From Camelus ferus (Eukaryota), in assembly GCF_009834535.1 (NCBI RefSeq), contig NC_045697.1:104596001-104660000 (forward strand): a stretch of DNA of 64,000 bases, in the 5' to 3' direction. Position numbers and translations under genes: made by a program. The notes beneath the pieces are model-generated. The model had not been told where the DNA came from, did no database searches, and saw nothing but the letters and a program-made list of their open reading frames with translations. The first letter of the stretch is position 1; each line of letters opens with the position of its first letter. This document shows, one piece after another, positions 12,443 through 23,695 of the stretch.

Positions 12443-14194
12443 GTAAACCCAATAAGGGTCACGACAACCTGGCCAACACTGGTTTGTCCTTAACAGCACA
12501 AGGCATACAAATACTCTATTTCACAGATGTAGCCTGATTTCCTAAGAAGAAAAACACTGTCTTGTTTGTATGTCTTGTTTTCTTTATAGTTAGAGTATTT
12601 GGAGTTTCTTTTGTGAAGCAGAGATCCTACCTGTGAAACTGGTGGTCCTGGGGGCAGTGCCCTGATAGAAAGGAACGATTCATTTATTTTGCCAAAAGTC
12701 TATTGAATATGTGCGTTTGTGTTTAGTAGTACGTTGAACTGGATTTGGAACGGTGTCAGGACAAAAAAAGAAGCATGTGACTCTCTCCCCTGGCAGGCTT
12801 TGCAGTGCTGTTGTGGAAATAACACAAACATGAAACAACTGGAAGACAGAATCACAGGGTGAGGTAAAAGTGGCCTGTGCTATAGAAAGCCAAGGGGGAC
12901 CTGAGATAAAGTCGTGGAGAAACTGTTCATGGATGAGGGGCACTGAACTGTTCATGGAGGATAAATGGGTTCTACGGGGAGGAAGAAGAGGATGGAGGGC
13001 ACTTCAGGTGGGAGGATAGGAGTCTGGCTAGAATGTGGCATGGACACCACATGTTTGGGGAGTGGGAAAAAGAAATGGACCTCATTAGAGCAACACCTAA
13101 GGTAAGACTCATGATAGGAAACAGGACTGCATAAGAAGTCACATTTTGGAGGGCCCAAAGTTCTAGAAGAAATTTGAACGTGTCAATAGGAGGCTGTTGG
13201 TCTCGCCCGGGCAACAAACAGAACAGATAAGCCGTGACGCTTATACTTGCTGGCTCTGTGACGTTGCACAAATTACTTAACCACTCTGAGCTTCTAGTTC
13301 TTCACAAAGTGTATGTAATAAGACCTGCACCTTTCTGTACAAATACTAATTCAATTTTGAGTCTTAAACATTTTAAATAAAATGTAGTATATAATAATAT
13401 ATCAAGGGGATTACCTAATGCATGGACAGTGACCAACAGAACCCAACTCACAGGTAATACTTTTAAAAAAATGTTGATATATATGAATTCAAAGAGTGAA
13501 GCCAAGACTGCAGGTGAGTTCTCAGTCTCCATAGAGAAGTATCTAAGGATGCTCAACCACACAAAAGTTCACGTGAGCCTGGACATCTGCCCTGTATCAC
13601 TACCGTACACAAGCATCATTCTTCATCAGCAACTCTTCTCAACTAGTGTGCTGGGTTTTCTGATCTTCCGCTCCCTATCTGTAAATTGGGCATAATAATA
13701 TATGAATCAGTATTATTATGAGAATCAAAGGAGTTAATGTGCATACACATACTTTATAAATCTAACATGTTCTACAAATGGTAGCTATTATCTCTTATTA
13801 AAATTTAACAGGAAATTATATTGAGAAACTTTTGTCTAACATTGTCCAGGCATAAATGTTTCAAGCACCCCAGATGTGAGACATATTAAGCCATTGTACT
13901 TCTCATGCCTGCGGTGGAGGTAACTAATTGGAATAGATTTGTGGATAACAGTATTTTTAAATATTGGATTTTTGCATTTGCAGCACGATAGAGCCTGGTT
14001 ATGCTCTAAGTGGTAACTGTACTGAAAATAATTGAAATAGGGGTTGGGAGCAGTAATAATATGGTGCTGTGTCACATTTTCATAGCATTTTTTAAGTTTT
14101 CAAAGAGCATTTCCATTTCATTTTGGTATTTGATCCCTTGTCCAATCAACCAACCTGTGAGATAAGCTGGATGGACATGACCCTTATGATATAG

Positions 14195-14435
14195 ATGGTT
14201 AAGAGATCAATTTGGGAGTTTGAGATTTGCAAGTGTTAGCCATTATATATTAAAAAATAGATTTAAAAAAAATTTCTTCTGTACAGCACAGGGAACTATA
14301 TTCAATATCTTGTAATAACCTTTAATGAAAAAGAATATGAAAAGGAATATACGTATGTATATGCATGACTGGGACATTGTGCTGTACAGCAGAAACTGAC
14401 ACATTGTAACTGACTGTACTTCAATTAAAAAAAGA
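14195..14435 (+). mobile_element. LINE-1 3' end
   Basis: gggagtttgagatttgc..ctgtacagcacagggaactatattcaatatcttg..tgactgtacttcaattaaaaa. Confidence 0.88.
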
Positions 14436-16308
14436 GAGAGACTGGCTCAACTAAATGGAGGTTAGAACCCAAGACTTGGTCCCCATGCAGTAGACGTGCC
14501 CTTGTGTCACACTCAGAGCTGGAGCAGGTTCTAACAGCAGGAGAACCTGGCGGGAAGGCCTTCAGGGGGGATGGCAGCGGAGTCAGCTCAGCGTGAAAAG
14601 GCCCTGCCACCCTTGTCTAGTCTCCCTGTATGGCTCTTGGTCTTGCTTCTTGTGTGTTTTCTTGCATTTCTCTTCAGTATTCTGACAATACCTTTTACCG
14701 ATTCGGGATTGTGTTTGGATGCTTGGTAGCAGAAAACCCAGAACAACATGGAGTAGACCACACAGGCGTTTATCTTTCTCCCACAGCAAAAAGTTCAGAT
14801 GTCATTGGCTCAGTGGTCAAGGGACACAGAAGTCAGAGTTCTGCCACAGTGCTAACCTTTCCTTTACTAGCGGAAGACGGCAGCTACAGCTCTACCCTTA
14901 TGCCTGATTTCCAGGCAGGAGGAAGGGGAAGAACACAGAACACATTAGTGTGTATGCACCAAAGAGGTACCCCCCACTTTTCAGTAGTCTTTCCAGAAAC
15001 CCCTCCACAACAATTTCTACTGAGTCTAATGGGTCAGGACCATATCAGGTGGCCAGGCAGACAATGAGGCCAGGCTCCCCTGCTGCCACAACAAAATCAA
15101 GGATCTGATTAATAGTAAGGATAGAAGAATGGATATTGGTTAACCAAATACCAGCCTGTCATGGCAACATATTAATATTACCTTTTAAAAAGTTATCCTC
15201 TTTGAGGATGTGCTCAGGGAACATAACCTCTCCCCTGGTGCCTTGTTTTTCTGGGCGCACCGTCTTTCTGTGTACACGAAACAGCCCTTTAAAATGATCC
15301 CCCATTCCTGCAGATTAATAAATAAAGGAATCCTTTATTTCTCTTGATTTCAGTTTATGCATTCTCTGAAGCTAGCTAGCTGGCTAACTGTGAAAGATTA
15401 AAGAACCCCCAATTCTTTGGGCTAGAGCAGCAATTTGTGACAATTGCCCTGAAATCTTTTTAAACAGCTCCATTAATCATGTGAGTTTGTTGTAGGCTTC
15501 CCATATTTAATGCTGTATGCTTCGAGTTGAACCAGCATCACCCTTCCAAACCCTGTTTTCAATCAGTTTTATTTTGACATGAACTGATTCCTGTTACAGA
15601 CAAGTTGCATTTTAGGTTCCCCATTGGGCTTCCAAACGCATCCCCTGTAAGACTTGTGTACAATGCACACTGGTTGCAGATAATTCCTAACCTACAGTTT
15701 TGCTGATCCTGTGCAGACCCAAAACCATGTAAACCTGCCATTGGAGTCAGTCCAGGATCAACACATCCCAGGTTTCCTAATCGTTACGGCTGATAATCCT
15801 TTACCCTCATCCCTCTATTTGCAAACAATGTATCTTTGGAAACGACATGTCATTAATGAAAGAATTTTAAAAGCAAAAAAAATCCCAGTGCCAGCTTTCT
15901 CTAGGATCAAGAAATGGAGAAAGCACATCGTTCTTCCTTTTTCTTTTCTGTTCCCTGCTCCTGTTTTCCAAACGTCTTTGTAGATTTGTCTATTTTCATT
16001 TATGCTAGGTTCCATCATGAACTGCCTTACCACCATTAAAGCTGGTGAGTGACCTGCTGTTGAGGCTTTTGGCTAACCCTTTCCTCCATATGTTCAACAC
16101 ACACACACAGACTCAGCCACAGTTTTGGCTCAACTCAGCCAGTTCCCACGTCTGCCCACCATCGAATCTCTGTCCTGGCCCTAAGGACCAGCCATCCTTA
16201 TTGGCAGCTGCCCAAAAGAATCACTTAGCAACTCCTTGCTTAGAAAGTTGGATTCCAAATCTTGAAGAGATGGAGGCATGGTCAGGCAGGCTATTCTGGG
16301 TCTCCTTT

Positions 16309-16522
16309 TTCTTTTTTTTTTTCTTTGTGTGTGTGTGTGTCTTCTTTTTTTTTTTTTTTTAAATTGAAGTACAGTCAGTGACAATGTGTCAGTGTCTGCT
16401 GTACAGCACAATGTCCCAGTCATGCATACACATACATATATTTCTTTTCATATTCGTTTTCATTAAAGGTTATTACAAGATATTGAATATAGTTCCCTGT
16501 GCTGTACAAAAGAAACCTGTTT
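16309..16522 (-). mobile_element. Short LINE-1 3' end with TSD, antisense, ~117 bp upstream of exon 6
   Basis: T/(GT)n tail plus L1 3' UTR reverse complement. TSD ttctgggtctccttt (16294-16308) / ttctgggtcttcttt (16523-16537). Confidence 0.88.
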
Positions 16523-16638
16523 TTCTGGGTCTTCTTTGAGTTATTCTTTCCCAGGTGACTTCTTCCCTTTGTGTAGCTCTTTCCTCTAAGAGAAAAACAT
16601 TAAATTTATGGTGCTTTTTTTTCCCCACTTTCCTTTAG

Positions 16639-16772
16639 CGTCGAGAAGTGGCAAAAACAGTGTTCTGCTTGGTTGTGATTTTCGCTCTGTGCTGGTTTCC
16701 TCTTCATTTAAGTCGTATTTTGAAGAAAACCGTGTATGATGAGATGGACAAGAACCGATGTGAATTACTTAG
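16639..16772 (+). CDS. EDNRA: Endothelin receptor type A, exon 6 (134 bp; TM6 with CWFP motif)
   Basis: Acceptor ttcctttag|cgt and donor AG|gtacaa. Encodes [44 protein letters not shown](S). Confidence 0.98.
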
Positions 16773-17203
16773 GTACAATCTTACGTACTTAGGAGGAAAT
16801 TGGAGTTTCTCTGATTTTCACATTTACAATGCTTTTACAAAACCCTCTAGTCTACTTTCTCGTTAACCCTGAAAATTAAAACTGCAAAGTTGATTTATTT
16901 TTCTTTAGCTGCCATAGCCCATAACCAATCCAAAAATTTGTGCAAGCCATGTTAGTCATTTTGCCACTTCCCTCTTGAGTCTGTGCAGAAAGGTTTGAGT
17001 TAACCAAGTGGTGGGTATATCTGTAAATGTTCTGCAAAACTTAAATTGCCATTTAAACAAAGACTTTTTAAAAAAATTTCTGCCTGCCACCTATAAGAAA
17101 TGGCTTCTGGGCAAGAAAAATGCTTATTCTAGAGATAAGTGCTAGTGAGCAGATTTTAAAACATTATGTTCTAATTTATATACTCTGTTTTCTTTTTCTC
17201 CAG

Positions 17204-17312
17204 TTTCTTGCTGCTCATGGATTACATCGGTATTAACCTGGCAACCATGAACTCATGTATAAATCCAATAGCTCTTTATTTTGTGAGCAAGAAATTTAAA
17301 AATTGTTTCCAG
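17204..17312 (+). CDS. EDNRA: Endothelin receptor type A, exon 7 (109 bp; TM7 with NPxxY-like NPIALY, helix 8)
   Basis: Acceptor tttttctccag|t and donor CAG|gtaaga. Encodes [36 protein letters not shown]; phase is compatible with exon 6. Confidence 0.98.
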
Positions 17313-18059
17313 GTAAGACGTTTTGCAAATACATTTTAAACACAACCAGAGGAGTCTATGAAGTAGCCAACAGGCATGGCTAATTCCCGCTGTAAATATC
17401 ACTTTCCTCAGCTGTACTTTTCAGCAGACAAGTGAGAATCACATTTTGTTACCCAGAAAGAGGGTCAAATTGTCAGCATAACAGAAAAGCAGTATCTATT
17501 CAGACAACAACATATTCAGAGGTTAAAATAAAAAGAACTACCTTAATAACATGCCAGCTTAGTACCGTGCTTTAAAAAGAAATACTCCAATTTGAGCTCT
17601 AGGCCAAGAGAATAGATAAAACCTACTGATGCCTTCCATTATCTTAGACTTTAACCACAATCTCAATAAAACATAAATTTGTTATTAAGATAGCACTCGA
17701 TAAATGTGATTTAATAGGATATTTAATAATAGCCTTTTCAAGGAATGTGAATGCTTATGGCTCTGGAAATCTGAACTAATGTAACTTTTTAAATTTAATT
17801 TGAAATCAGTTTCCTACTGTTGGTCAAACCTTCTTGTAGCTAAGTCAACCCATGTCCTCCCAAAGCTCCAAGTTTGTCTTATTGAACTGTAAGCTTTCCA
17901 GTTCCTGGAATGATTTTGGCAAAAAGTTAATCCTAACTGGATGCTGTTATCTTTGACCAAGATGTTTAACTCCACCTTATAGTACATATTAGGAAGAATA
18001 GCATAGAGTTCAAGGTGCAGGATCTGGAAGCAAACCATATTATATTGATTTACGTCATA

Positions 18060-18240
18060 GTTCTGCACTTGCTAGCTGTCTAACCTGGGTCTGAGTGGTA
18101 CCCCTCCTGCTCCCTCAGTTTGCTCATCTGTAAAAATCAGATGATCACTGTATCTGTCTCATAAGCAGAATGCAGTGGGCTGGTATTTGTTAAGTGCTTG
18201 AGACAATAGAAAGTGCTCAGTATGAGTTTATAATTATTAT
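18060..18240 (+). mobile_element. MIR SINE
   Basis: Core motif cctcagtttgctcatctgtaaaa and 3' end taagtgcttgagacaatag. Confidence 0.65.
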
Positions 18241-19130
18241 TAGGGATAGAGAAGAGAGGAAAAACCCAGTGACTGCCCTTGTGGAACTTAAAATCTGAAA
18301 GGAAACAGACACATCTTAACCAGTGAATCATAGAAATAGGTGAAACTTGGTATGGAAGTTCCAGCTGCCATGTTTTTGAAGTCTACTTGATAATTTTTAC
18401 AAGTCATGAGATACTGTAAGAAAGATTCTGGCCTAAGAAAGATCGACTAAAATACAGGTCATAACTAATACATTATGTAATCTGGAGTTAATGTGAGTTG
18501 CAAATTAGTTTACATATGAATTAGAGGGGGAGGGAAAATCAAGGTGCAAACTCTCTGAAATTAAACACATTTTTGACCGATCTCCATAAAAAAGGCAGCA
18601 TACCCAGGGGAAAGAGTCCAGTAGGGAGAGTCTTGGGTTCTAAGTTCAGTCCTGCCTCCTATAATCCTTTCTAAGTCTCTCCGTCCTCATTCATAAAATG
18701 AGGAAAAGAGCACTTACCCTATAGAGCTGTTAGGAGCATCAGATGAGGTGCCCAATGCAGAGAGCCACGCAGCACAGCATGTGTTGTAGCCACGGTGTGC
18801 AACAATGAAAGTCAGCCGCCCACCCCACCCTTCCCACCCACACCCACACCCACCCCAAGTCACAGAACCCTCTCCCTCTGGCCAACAGTGCCTTCCCTTC
18901 CTCTTTGACTCTGAATAAATTAAAACAGGAAACAAGGGATCTGTTGCTCTGCACTTGAGTGGACAGTTGAACTTCTACCTAGAGATTACAAACTCCCTAC
19001 TCTAGATTACTGCTGAGCCTCACGTCTGACCTCAAATGCCTGTGGACAGTTACCCCTTGTTGGTGGGCCTGTGTCCTGCTGGGAACAGGTTGGTGGTCTC
19101 ATCTTGATGAGAGTCTGTTCCTTCTCCCAG

Positions 19131-19271
19131 TCTTGCCTCTGCTGCTGCTGTTACCAGTCTAAAAGTCTGATGACCTCGGTCCCCATGAATGGAACAAGCA
19201 TCCAATGGAAGAACCATGAACAAAACAACCATAACACAGAGAGGAGCAGCCATAAGGACAGTATCAACTGA
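19131..19271 (+). CDS. EDNRA: Endothelin receptor type A, terminal coding exon 8 (C-tail with Cys palmitoylation cluster, stop TGA)
   Basis: Acceptor cttctcccag|tct. Encodes SCLCCCCYQSKSLMTSVPMNGTSIQWKNHEQNNHNTERSSHKDSIN*. Confidence 0.98.
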   Translation, partial: SCLCCCCYQSKSLMTSVPMNGTSIQWKNHEQNNHNTERSSHKDSIN

Positions 19272-21670
19272 ATACCTTAAGGAACATTAATCAATATTCC
19301 TTCACATCCAATGGAAGGAAAAAAGACAAATCACACAGACAGCAACTGCATCTCCAGAAATCTCATCTTCCATCCTTCTCCCATGACTCAGTCCCACCCA
19401 CCGGAAAAACGCTTTCCAAAACATTGAAGGGTTGACTGGTTTATACCCACAAATTCAACGAATCTTACTTCTTTAATTTATCTAATTTACATATTTTGCA
19501 TGTTATATTCAGCCCTAAAAGATGGTGGGAGTTGTCAGGGGGAAAGGAGATTGTTCAGCTACACCAGAAGGATATTTACTACCTTCACATGGAAATAGAG
19601 TTTTTGAGTACATGGCCAGATTTCATGGCCATTCTGTAGAATATTCAATAAGAACTGGTCACCAGGAAGAGTTTAGAGATTATGACAAGGTTTTCTATTT
19701 TTAAAGGAATTTTTTTTTTGGCCAAATACAGTATGGATTTAAGTCACCTTTATTTGAAATGTCATTCAGTGCCAGTAGTTTTTAACTGCATAGAAGCCTA
19801 AAAATGATTATTTGAGATATTTACACATATTTTGCCCCCCAAAAAAGGAAGAGGTAAAACAGACTTCAGGTGAGCAATTAGGTTAATGTTTTTTGTATCA
19901 CTGGCTTATTTTTAAAACGTAAAGTCTCAAGCTACAACAAATACAGGAACTTAAGGCACAGACTGATATCCACATGTGGCAGTTTGATAGCAGCTATGCA
20001 AAGAATTTTTAAGAACCTACGTTTTCTTTTTTTTTTTTTAATGGTGTTTCATTATTGGAGATCTTGTGCATATTTTTATGTTAAATTTCAAAATAATGTT
20101 TGAATCAAATAGTTCTATTTTTCATAAGCCCAATTTTTTAATGAAAACATTTTATGTAAAATCAATACCATGTACTAAAACGTTAATGTATGTGTCATTT
20201 AACTAGGCTTAAGACTTTCAGTGCAATGCATTGAAGTCTAAAGCACACCTAGGAGAGAAGGACTGAGTAGTCTTAGAAGGTTTGGACATTTTCATCGAGA
20301 TTTTTTTTGATAATGGTAACATGTGTATGTGTGTATACATACCTATGTACATGTATACATGTCACCTGACGGGCTCTTGATTGCTCTTAAAATGTTAACC
20401 GACAGTAAGACTTTTTTGGCCATTTTCTTTTCCACATAGGAGTATACAAAACATAATTTCAAAGCAGCCAGCTGAGTTTATCATGTCAGTGAAATATAAT
20501 TACCCCCAAGTGACACCATGAACTGAAGGTTCCTCACGGCCCTGGGTTTCCAGTATGAAGCTAAGCACCTCCCCCGCCCCCTCTCCACACATGAGTATCA
20601 TTTCAAAAGGCCCACAGTGACTTCTGCTGGGCCTTTCCCACAATGTTTACAGACTGTGAGTACAGCAGAAAACCTTTTACTGTGTGTATATAAATATATA
20701 TGTAAACAACTGTCCATTTCTTTCAGCCAGTTTTTCTGTGACTGTTTCTATGGAATGTATTTGTGTGTGTGATGTATGCATGTTGTGGGATACTGTGCAT
20801 GGACTTTGTGTAATCTCATAGCCATGCCCTGTAGTTGTGCCAAAGCACACACTCTGAGTGGAATCTCGGTGGTTGTTCCTCACAACCAGCCTCAGTCAGT
20901 TTTAATCTATCTGAGTTCCTCAGTCTTGTGACCATGTTACCATTACAAATGGAATGTGGGAGGCAACATGAAAAAGGACAAGCCATGGGGTGACAATGGG
21001 GTTTTGTTTGTTTGGTTCGTTGGTTGGTTGGTTGGATGGTTGGTTTGAAAAAAGCAGTCTTTGGAGTTGTATTTTTTTCCTGTGCTGGAACAAAGGTCAT
21101 TAAACTTTGAAGCATTACATTGGCCCAATCCTCCGCTCAACGTGGTGATAAGGTTGACAAGTGGGCAGATGTTTCTACTGGACTTCATCAGAAAGATGAC
21201 TGATGATAAGGTAGCTAAGCTGACTCCTTGGGCTGTAGTCTAGTGCAGTCATGTATGAAATGATGTCAGGTTCCAGCGATCCAATTGCAGGGCCCCTTTA
21301 TGTGTTAGCAGTCAAATCTCATTACTCCACTGGTGCATCACATGCAGTGATATATATCTATAATATAAGCCATAGGTTCACACCATTTTGTCTAGACAAT
21401 TGTCTTTTTTTTTTTAAGATGCTTTGTCTCTTGCATATGAAAAAATGCATTTTACAAGTTCAGAAAGTCATAGATTTCTGAATAACCGTACAGGCTTCCA
21501 TGTGCATTTTATTTATGGACCAGTAAGTAACCATGGTTTACTAGTAGGAATAGTTCCAATTTCTACCTTTATCACATTTTTCCAAGTAAATCTGTAGAAA
21601 TGAGCCAGAAGCCAAGGCCCTGCATTGGCAGTGGCCCACAAGTATAAAATAAAAGTTTACAGAAGCCTTG
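19272..21670 (+). other. EDNRA: EDNRA 3' UTR (~2.4 kb)
   Basis: AT-rich stretch with no recognisable interspersed repeats, running from the stop codon to an AATAAA followed by GT-rich sequence. The end resembles my recollection of the mammalian EDNRA mRNA end (aaaataaaagtttacagaa). The cleavage site is approximate. Confidence 0.8.
21648..21653 (+). terminator. EDNRA: Polyadenylation signal of EDNRA
   Basis: AATAAA with a downstream GT/T-rich element (gtgtgtcttcatttgt, ~21674-21689). Interspersed repeats resume ~200 bp later. Confidence 0.8.
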
Positions 21671-22158
21671 CAAGTGTGTCTTCATTTGTACATAGTTATA
21701 TCTAGAAAGTATTCGTTACACAGTGCCTGTTGCAAACCTCTCCCTGGTACTGAACAGGCAAGCAGTTTTTACTTTCAAACAGATATTTCCCAACTGTACT
21801 TTCTTCTCAGCCTTCTTTGTTGTCTTGAACACTTAAACCTCTCATTCATTCCTTCATTCACCTTTCCTGTAAATTTTACTAAGCATCTACTATGCAGCAG
21901 GAATTCTTCTAGGTACTGGGGATATAGCAGGGAACAATACAAGCTAAGTTCCTGCTCTCCTGGAGCTTGTATTCCAGAGGAAGGACTTGTACAATAAACA
22001 ATGGCAGTCAGTAAACAATATGTCAGGTGGATACCTGCAGGAAAGACTCATCTTTATCCAACTTGACATCCCAACTGGATGGCTAGCAAATATACTATAT
22101 CTAAAACTAAGCTCCTGGTATCCCTCTAACCTTTGCTGCCATCATATTCTTCTGCTAA

Positions 22159-22716
22159 TTTATTAGTCCAGGTTCTCCAGAGAAACAGAAGCAATATAAA
22201 AGATAGATATAAGAGATTTATTTTGAGAATTGGCCCATGTGATCATGGAGGCAGAGATATGTATGCAATGATCTGCCATCTATAAGACTGGAGAGCCAGG
22301 GAAGCCAGTGATATAATGCAGTCCAAGTCCTAATGCCTGAAAACCAGGGGAGCTGATGGTATAACCCCCAGTTTTGAGGCCAAAATCCTGAGAACCATCG
22401 ACAGCTCACTGGTGTCAGTCCCAGAATCCAAAGGTCCAAGACCCAGGAGGACCAGTGTCCACAGGGAGGAGAAGATGGATGTCCCAGCTCAGGAAGAGAC
22501 AGAACTCATTCTTCCTCCTCCATATTGTCCCTCTACTGATGGATGATGATGGTGCCCCCCACCGGGGAGAGGAGATCTGCTGTAGACAGTCTCCTGGTTC
22601 AAATGCTAATCTCTCCCAGAAAGACCTTCATAGACACATCTACAGATAACATCTTAACTAGACATCTCTGGGTGTCCCTTCGCCCAGACAAGTTACACAT
22701 AAAACTAACCATCACA
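22159..22716 (-). mobile_element. MLT2 (ERVL) solo LTR inserted in L2 sequence
   Basis: Runs tattagtccaggttctccagagaaacagaa ... cataaaactaaccatcaca. L2-like sequence flanks both sides (~22050-22150 and 22720-22940). Confidence 0.85.
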
Positions 22717-23349
22717 GGTCAGTTAAACACAGTCCATCCTTTGAGTGGTCAGGGCAGAAACCTTAAAGTCACTTCCTACTTCTTTCTTTCACAGCTTATG
22801 CCCAACACCTCAGTAAGTCCTGATGGCCTCAGCTTCAGAATATCTCCAGGATCTGACCACTTCTGTCTCTACCTCCCTTTTCTGAGCCACCAGCGTCTCT
22901 TGCCAGGGTAACTGCAACAGGCCCTCTTGTTTCCACCTTTGGAAACACCATACTCAAACTGGAGCTTGTTTCTCTACCTCATAAATGGTCTAAAGGTGTT
23001 CACATTTCCAAGCGAGGCTGGTTAGCATCGCCTGGGGAATTTTCTAAGAACAACTAAAGAAAGAAAGAGCCCTTTTCCACTGTGGTGAGAGAGGCTGTGA
23101 GCCAGGGAGGTGCGGGCCACCATGGTGTGGGCGTTATGAAGAAAGTCAGTCTAGGGTGTAACAAAGATGAGAAAATAGCATTTAAGATCCTGGATCTAGT
23201 TTTCCCTGGTGCTCTCCTGTGGCTTGAGTAAGCAAATCAACACATTTACCTTTGTGCTCACGCTAGTTAAATTTGGTTTTCCATTGCTTACAATTCACAT
23301 AGTCTAGGAAGATCTCATCAAAGATATTTTGATTTCTCTTGTCATTGTT

Positions 23350-23695
23350 TAAATTAATGGACTCGGTTTTTTAGAGTAGTTTTAGGTTTACAAAAAAAAA
23401 TTGATTGGAAAGTAGAGATTTCCCACATGCCCTCTTTTCCCCTCATTCCTCACAAACAGTTCCTCCTATCTTCCCCTTGTATTAGTGTGGGATATTTGAG
23501 GAACCAATATTGATATAATATTATTAACCAAAGTCCATAAGTTTACATGAGGGTTCACTCTTTGTGTTGTACATTCAATGGGTTTTGACAAATGGAGAGT
23601 GACAGTTATCCACCATTACAGTATCATTCAGATAGATTCACTGCCCTAAAAATACCATGTTCCACCTTTTCTTCCCTACCCTCCAACCCTTAATT
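23350..23695 (-). mobile_element. Older L1M-type 3' end fragment
   Basis: ttttagagtagttttaggtttaca..gaaccaatattgat..ggttcactctttgtgttgtacattc. Confidence 0.7.

Noticed and set aside
14630..15067. 145-aa intronic ORF
   Set aside because: Lies in degenerate MLT-like repeat sequence and has no protein-family features.
19071..19130. Open frame extending upstream of exon 8 (possible alternative acceptor at 19088)
   Set aside because: The upstream AG lacks a pyrimidine tract; the 19130 acceptor gives the expected ETA sequence.
21993..21998. Second AATAAA downstream of EDNRA
   Set aside because: It lies inside an L2-derived segment. The 21648 signal has the better context; 3'-end sequencing would be needed to show use.
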